Below are positions 55,774-60,470 of a stretch of 60,470 nucleotides of DNA, in pieces. Origin of the DNA: an uncultured Demequinaceae bacterium (GTDB lineage: Bacteria > Actinomycetota > Actinomycetes > Actinomycetales > Demequinaceae); the NCBI GenBank assembly GCA_964600005.1, contig CAZRHL010000001.1:1-60470 (forward strand), in the 5' to 3' direction. The position numbers and the translations under genes were made by a program. The first letter of the stretch is position 1. The number at the start of each line of letters is the position of its first letter. The notes under the pieces were generated by a model that had not been told where the DNA came from, did no database searches, and saw only the letters and a list, made by a program, of their open reading frames with translations.

Positions 55774-56567
55774 CGCTCAGCGAGGATCGACAGCACCTGC
55801 TTGTGAAGATGGCCGTTGGTGGCAAGAGCCGAGCCGCCAAACGGGCCGGGGACGCCGTCAACGGAGCTGAACACGCCGCCGGCCTCGGTCACGATCGGCA
55901 CGATCGCCGCCATGTCGTGGAGAGCAAGTTCTGGCTCCGCAGCGATGTCGACGCTGCCTTCGGCGACGAGCATGTAGCTCCAGAAATCACCGTAAGCGCG
56001 CGTGCGCCACACCGCCTGCTGGAGCGCCTGGAACTGCGCGCCCTTGCCCTCAGCGTGCCATTCGCCAGGTTCCGAGTAGGAGAGCGAGGCATCGGCCAGA
56101 GTGGAGACGGCAGACACGTGAACGGGGCGCGGCTCCGTCGGGAAGCCGTGGACGCGGGTGGCAGCCCAGGCGCCTTCGCCGGTGGCCGCGTACCAGCGTC
56201 GGCCCAGCGCAGGAGCTGAGACGACGCCGACCGTCGGCTCTCCGTCCACCAGCAGCCCGATGAGGGTGGCCCACGCAGGCACGCCGCGCACAAAGTTCTT
56301 GGTGCCGTCGATCGGGTCGATCACCCAGCGTCGGCCCGCGGTCTCATCGCCCGAGGCGCCGTACTCCTCGCCCAGGATCGCGTCGGTGGGACGCTCCTGC
56401 GTGAGGATGTCGCGTACGAGGCGCTCTGCGGCGCGGTCGATCGCCGTGACGGGGGTGTCATCGGGCTTCATCTCAACAGAGAAATCCCCGAGCGAGCCCG
56501 CAATGGTGAGGGCATCCACCTCATCAGCGATGCGCAGGGCGAGGGCGAGATCGTCACGGTGATTCAT
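55770..56567 (-). CDS. hisN: Histidinol-phosphatase (IMPase family)
   Basis: KPDDTPVT.ID, GEE, WVIDPIDGTKNFVRGVP, RAYGDFWSY, HDMAA; TACGCT-N7-ATG 56567. Confidence 0.92.
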   Translation of the reverse strand: MNHRDDLALALRIADEVDALTIAGSLGDFSVEMKPDDTPVTAIDRAAERLVRDILTQERPTDAILGEEYGASGDETAGRRWVIDPIDGTKNFVRGVPAWATLIGLLVDGEPTVGVVSAPALGRRWYAATGEGAWAATRVHGFPTEPRPVHVSAVSTLADASLSYSEPGEWHAEGKGAQFQALQQAVWRTRAYGDFWSYMLVAEGSVDIAAEPELALHDMAAIVPIVTEAGGVFSSVDGVPGPFGGSALATNGHLHKQVLSILAER

Positions 56568-56752
56568 GGCGCCCAGCGTAGCCGGAGCGCTCTCGGGGGC
56601 TGTGGCAGACGTGGTGCAACATCCCTGAAGCGTTTGGAGCAGTTTTTCGGCTTTCGGGTGGAGAGGCCGTCGTGGAAGCACGTCGGGCCACTCAGGGCAG
56701 CCCAGGGCATCATGATGTCGCAATCTCGACAAGCCCGAGCGCACGCGTCTAT

Positions 56753-56782
56753 TATTCTGAGATACAGCCACAACCCAGAATA
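56753..56782. promoter_or_regulatory. Inverted repeat upstream of the Fic-like gene (candidate operator)
   Basis: TATTCTG-N16-CAGAATA in an AT-rich patch 20 bp before the GTG. Confidence 0.35.
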
Positions 56783-56801
56783 GGAAACGTGAGCGCGAGA
56801 G

Positions 56802-58007
56802 GTGGTGAGCCGGGTGCCTCCGCGTCTGCAACCCCACTCCCGGGAGAGGCTCCCGTGGGCGCCTGCCGATTCGGGCGTGAAGCTTGTCCACGATTACGAA
56901 GCCGCAGTGCCTGCGAGCCTTGCCTCACAACAGCTCCACCTGGATGCAGAGACCGCGAGCATGTGCCAGGAGGCGCGGCTCGCCGTGGCCGTTCTCGACC
57001 GCTCGCCGGCAACGAACCGGCCAGGAGTGGCCGCCATACTCGCACTCGCTGAAGCATCAGCGTCATACCTGATAGACGGCCACATTGCTGCGCCCACGCA
57101 GGTGGCCGCTGCGGCCGCTGGACAGCCCACAACGAGGGCGGCGCGCTCGATCCACTCGGCAAGGAATAACCTCCTCGCGCACATCAATGCGAGCCGTCGG
57201 GCGGTCACGCTCGGATCGGTCTCTCTTGCCTACAGCCCGCCTCGTCGCATGGCGTCGGGACATCGAGTTGGCGCCGCATATCGTGGCGTGCAGACGTGGC
57301 AAGGAGGCACTGATCTTTGGCCAGACGGCGCCGACTACGTGCCACCGCATCCTGCACGCGTTCCGGCGCTCATGGACGACCTCATCGCTTTTGCGGCCAG
57401 ACACGACCTTGACCCCGTCACCCAAGCAGCGATCACCCACGCTCAGTTGAGGTCGATCGAACCCTTCCCGCAGAGCAACGATCAGGTGGCTCGCAGCCTC
57501 ATCAACGGCGTGTTTCGTTCCAGGAGAGCCACTGAGAGGTCAATTGTGCCGATCTCGGCCGCACTTTCTCGCAACATTCTCCGTTACAACGGCGCCTGGA
57601 GAAGCTTCCGGGACGGCGACGCCACTCCAATGGTCGAGATGGTTGCCGACGCAACGCTGAGGGCGGCCGATGCTGCCAGCCGTCTCGCAGAGACGGTCGC
57701 CTTGCTGCCAGCTCAATGGCACGAGGCCGCACGGCCGCGACGGGGCTCCGCCGCCCACGCGCTCATCGACGTGCTCGTCGACAACCCCACAGTCAGCGCC
57801 CAACGTGTCCAAGACCTCACCGGCGCTTCCCAGGCCAGCGCCTATGACGCCATCGCGCGGCTTGCCGAGTCAGGAGTGCTCACCCGGGTGAGCCCCACTC
57901 GCAGGGACACCGCATGGGCGGCGCTCGACATCTTCAACGCGGCCCATGGCGTCGTGAGCGAGCTTGCTGGCGCCTCGGCGGTCACGCCTCAACGCGTGCG
58001 CAGCTAA
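56802..58007 (+). CDS. Fic-family protein with degenerate catalytic motif and C-terminal wHTH
   Basis: YEAAVP, R..Q.W.GG....P..A.YVPP, QAAITHAQ..SIEPFPQSNDQVAR (canonical HPFxDGNGRxxR); wHTH tail. Confidence 0.8.
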   Translation: MVSRVPPRLQPHSRERLPWAPADSGVKLVHDYEAAVPASLASQQLHLDAETASMCQEARLAVAVLDRSPATNRPGVAAILALAEASASYLIDGHIAAPTQVAAAAAGQPTTRAARSIHSARNNLLAHINASRRAVTLGSVSLAYSPPRRMASGHRVGAAYRGVQTWQGGTDLWPDGADYVPPHPARVPALMDDLIAFAARHDLDPVTQAAITHAQLRSIEPFPQSNDQVARSLINGVFRSRRATERSIVPISAALSRNILRYNGAWRSFRDGDATPMVEMVADATLRAADAASRLAETVALLPAQWHEAARPRRGSAAHALIDVLVDNPTVSAQRVQDLTGASQASAYDAIARLAESGVLTRVSPTRRDTAWAALDIFNAAHGVVSELAGASAVTPQRVRS

Positions 58008-59026
58008 TAGCTCTCGCCTGCCAACCGGGACGCAAGCAGGCGGCGAATCGAATCGAGCTTGATCTCACGCTCGGGAGAGCCGGCAGCCCAGGAGTCGAGT
58101 TCGCAGCCATCGGCGGCGCTCACGTGCTGACAGCCGCGCGGGCAGTGTTCTTCCTCGTAATCGGCCACATCGGGGAAAGCGCGGAGCATGTGTTCCGGGT
58201 CCACATGTGCCAAGCCAAAGGAGCGCACCCCAGGCGTATCGATGATCCAGCCGCCGGTAGGGACCTCGACCATGACGGAGGATGTCGACGTGTGGCGGCC
58301 GCGCCCTGTCACGTCATTGACGCGGCCCACGGCGCGGTCGGCGGCGGGCACCAAGGCGTTGACCAAGGTCGACTTGCCTACGCCAGAAGGCCCAACAAAC
58401 ACGGTCTTGACGCCGTGGAGCTGCTCTTGGAGCCGCGCAAAGCCTGGGTCCGCCGAAGGCCCGCCTTCGCGCAGGACGGACACCTCGATGACGGTGACCC
58501 CCAGCGGCTCATAGAGCGCCCGCATCGGCTCGGCCGACGCGAGGTCCGCTTTGGTCAGCACGAGCACGGCACTCAGCCCGGCATCGAATCCGGCGACGAG
58601 CGCCCGGTCGATCATCCGGGGATTCGGCTCGGGATCTGCCACGGCGGCGACGATCGCGAGCTGATCCGCGTTCGCCACGACCACCCGCTCGGTGGGGTCG
58701 GTATCGTCCGCGGTCCGCCTGAGCGCCGATGCGCGCTCGGCCCTGCGCACAATCCGCGCCAGCGTGTCGGGCTTGCCGCTCACATCACCCACGAGGTGCA
58801 CGATGTCGCCAACCACGAGACCGCGCCGACCCACCTCTCGCGCCTTGACGGCCATCACGGTTGGACCAGCCTCGGTGAGCACGGTGTAACGGCCCCGATC
58901 GACGGCGACAACGGTGCCGTCAACCGCATCGTCATGAGCCGGCCGACGCTTGGTGCGGGGCCTCGACCCGCGACGACCAGGCCGCACCCGGGCGTCGGAT
59001 TCGTCGTACTGGGCCCAGTCGCTCAC
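58004..59026 (-). CDS. rsgA: Ribosome small subunit-dependent GTPase A
   Basis: TKAD, GPSGVGKSTLVN, GRGRHTST, DTPGVR, CPRGC.H....C; GTGA-coupled to aroA. Confidence 0.95.
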   Translation of the reverse strand: MSDWAQYDESDARVRPGRRGSRPRTKRRPAHDDAVDGTVVAVDRGRYTVLTEAGPTVMAVKAREVGRRGLVVGDIVHLVGDVSGKPDTLARIVRRAERASALRRTADDTDPTERVVVANADQLAIVAAVADPEPNPRMIDRALVAGFDAGLSAVLVLTKADLASAEPMRALYEPLGVTVIEVSVLREGGPSADPGFARLQEQLHGVKTVFVGPSGVGKSTLVNALVPAADRAVGRVNDVTGRGRHTSTSSVMVEVPTGGWIIDTPGVRSFGLAHVDPEHMLRAFPDVADYEEEHCPRGCQHVSAADGCELDSWAAGSPEREIKLDSIRRLLASRLAGESY

Positions 59027-60423
59027 GCGCGGATTGCCCCCGAGGTGCCTGCCTGCCCCAGCGTCGGGCCGGGGTTCACCATCGCCTGCCACATGGCAGG
59101 GAAGTCGGGCATCGTCTTTGACGTGGTGCCCACGTTGACCACCTCAACGCCTGCAACGCGCAAGCCGACGATCGCGCCAAAGGTGGCCATACGGTGATCG
59201 TGATACGTCTCGACCTCTGCGGCGTGAAGGCCGGCGTTGATTCCGGCAGGATCAGGCGCGCCGCCGAACACGAGCGAGGAGTCGGTGGCCTCGCACGCAC
59301 CGCCCAAGCGCGTCACCTCGGTCGCGATCGCCGCCAAGCGGTCCGTCTCGTGCCCGCGCAGATGTCCGATGCCGGTGATGACGCTCGGCCCCTCAGCCAC
59401 GGTGCACAGCGCCGCTATCGTCGGCGTGAGCTCACCCGCTGTGGAGAGGTCCGCGTCGATCCCGACCACTCGACCATCGCCGCGCACCGTCATCACGTCG
59501 CCGTCGAGCGTGCAGGTGCCTCCCATACGCTCGAGCAGCTCCGGATACAGCGCGCCAGGCTGAGTCGTCTCGCTCGGCCACCCAGGGATGCGGATTTCGC
59601 CACCGGCAATGAGGGCGGCCGCCATGAACGGGCCCGCGTTGCTGAGGTCGGGCTCCACCCGCACCTGCGGCATATGCAGCGCACTCGGATGAACCACCCA
59701 TGTGCGCTCATCTGGCTGATCGACGCGCACACCCGCCTCGCGGAGCGTCGCGCACGTCATATCGATGTGCGGCAAGCTCGGCAGCTTCTCGCCGATGTGA
59801 CGCACGGTGAGTCCCTGCGGCAAGCGCGGCGCAATGAGCAACAGCGCCGTCACGAACTGGGACGACGCCGAGGAGTCGACATCCACCTCACCCGGCACCT
59901 CGGCAGGCGGGGTGATGGTGAACGGCAGAGTGCCGCGGCCGTCGTCGTCCACGGTCGCGCCAAGGGCGCGCAACGCGTCGAGCAGCGGTCCCATCGGACG
60001 CACGCGCGCGCCTTCGTCGCCATCAAAGGTGACAGGGCGAGTGTCGCCCGCAAGGCCGGCCAGCAGCACCAGCGGCGGCACAAAACGCATGACGGTCCCC
60101 GCAAGGCCGCAGTCAATGTGGACGCCGCCCTGAATCGGCCCGGGCGTCACCGTCCACACGCCGTCTGCACCGTCGATGTCGACGCCAATGCCCAAGGAGC
60201 GCAGCGCGCCGATCATCAGGTCCGAGTCCCGCGAGATGAGCCCCCCGCGCACCGTCACCGGGCCATCGGCGAGGGCGGCGAGCACCAAATAGCGGTTTGT
60301 CAGGGACTTCGACCCAGGAACCTCAACAGTCGCGTTTAGCGGCGGGGTCTCGTGCAGCGGTGCGGCAACGGGGGCAGGCCAGATGTGGCCGGGGCCGACG
60401 CCCGGCGTACGCGCCGCCGTCAC
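59023..60423 (-). CDS. aroA: 3-phosphoshikimate 1-carboxyvinyltransferase
   Basis: PGSKSLTNR, CGLAGTVMRF, SASSQF, HETDR, DHRMA, KTMPDF. Confidence 0.97.
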   Translation of the reverse strand: MTAARTPGVGPGHIWPAPVAAPLHETPPLNATVEVPGSKSLTNRYLVLAALADGPVTVRGGLISRDSDLMIGALRSLGIGVDIDGADGVWTVTPGPIQGGVHIDCGLAGTVMRFVPPLVLLAGLAGDTRPVTFDGDEGARVRPMGPLLDALRALGATVDDDGRGTLPFTITPPAEVPGEVDVDSSASSQFVTALLLIAPRLPQGLTVRHIGEKLPSLPHIDMTCATLREAGVRVDQPDERTWVVHPSALHMPQVRVEPDLSNAGPFMAAALIAGGEIRIPGWPSETTQPGALYPELLERMGGTCTLDGDVMTVRGDGRVVGIDADLSTAGELTPTIAALCTVAEGPSVITGIGHLRGHETDRLAAIATEVTRLGGACEATDSSLVFGGAPDPAGINAGLHAAEVETYHDHRMATFGAIVGLRVAGVEVVNVGTTSKTMPDFPAMWQAMVNPGPTLGQAGTSGAIRA

Positions 60424-60470
60424 GAGGCCCTACGTGCGGCCCAGCCGCGCACGCCCGGGACCTCCCGGTA
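60420..60470 (-). CDS. 3' end of the gene upstream of aroA (partial)
   Basis: Open frame YREVPGVRGWAARRAS whose TGA overlaps the aroA GTG (GTGA). Confidence 0.4.
   Translation of the reverse strand, partial: YREVPGVRGWAARRAS

Overview
High-GC actinobacterial chromosome segment. Gene order and protein style suggest Micrococcales, probably Demequina/Cellulomonas-like (inference). Most of the window is conserved core: pdtaS-whiB1, a DraRK-like two-component pair with gtrA-purK-purE, LCP-whiB-GT2-DUF5719, manB-CDF-ahcY, an RDD/SpoIIM/DUF58/MoxR/DUF4350/DUF4129 cluster, mtrA-mtrB-lpqB-comF-hpf-secA, and hisN-rsgA-aroA. Four things stand out. (1) The first ~430 bp look like the right border of a tRNA-integrated island: a tRNA-3'-like remnant ending ACCA, then a terminator, with a signal-less HTH ORF whose start codon lies in the att core. 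(2) An uncharacterised module after secA encodes Rv3235-family, LysM, tandem Sm-like, Xis/BldC-like HTH, SAF/CpaB-like, CpaE/MinD-like ATPase and DUF6912 proteins, with 10-bp phased repeats in one promoter region. (3) comF and a shrunken FHA-FtsK/EssC-like ATPase gene 29 kb away share a promoter architecture of two DnaA-box-like TCCCCA boxes 26 bp apart, hinting at a DNA-uptake/Tad-type regulon. (4) A catalytically degenerate Fic gene splits the aroA-rsgA-hisN run. I saw no CRISPR array, rRNA, intact tRNA or transposase. All family calls come from motif recognition by eye, not database searches.
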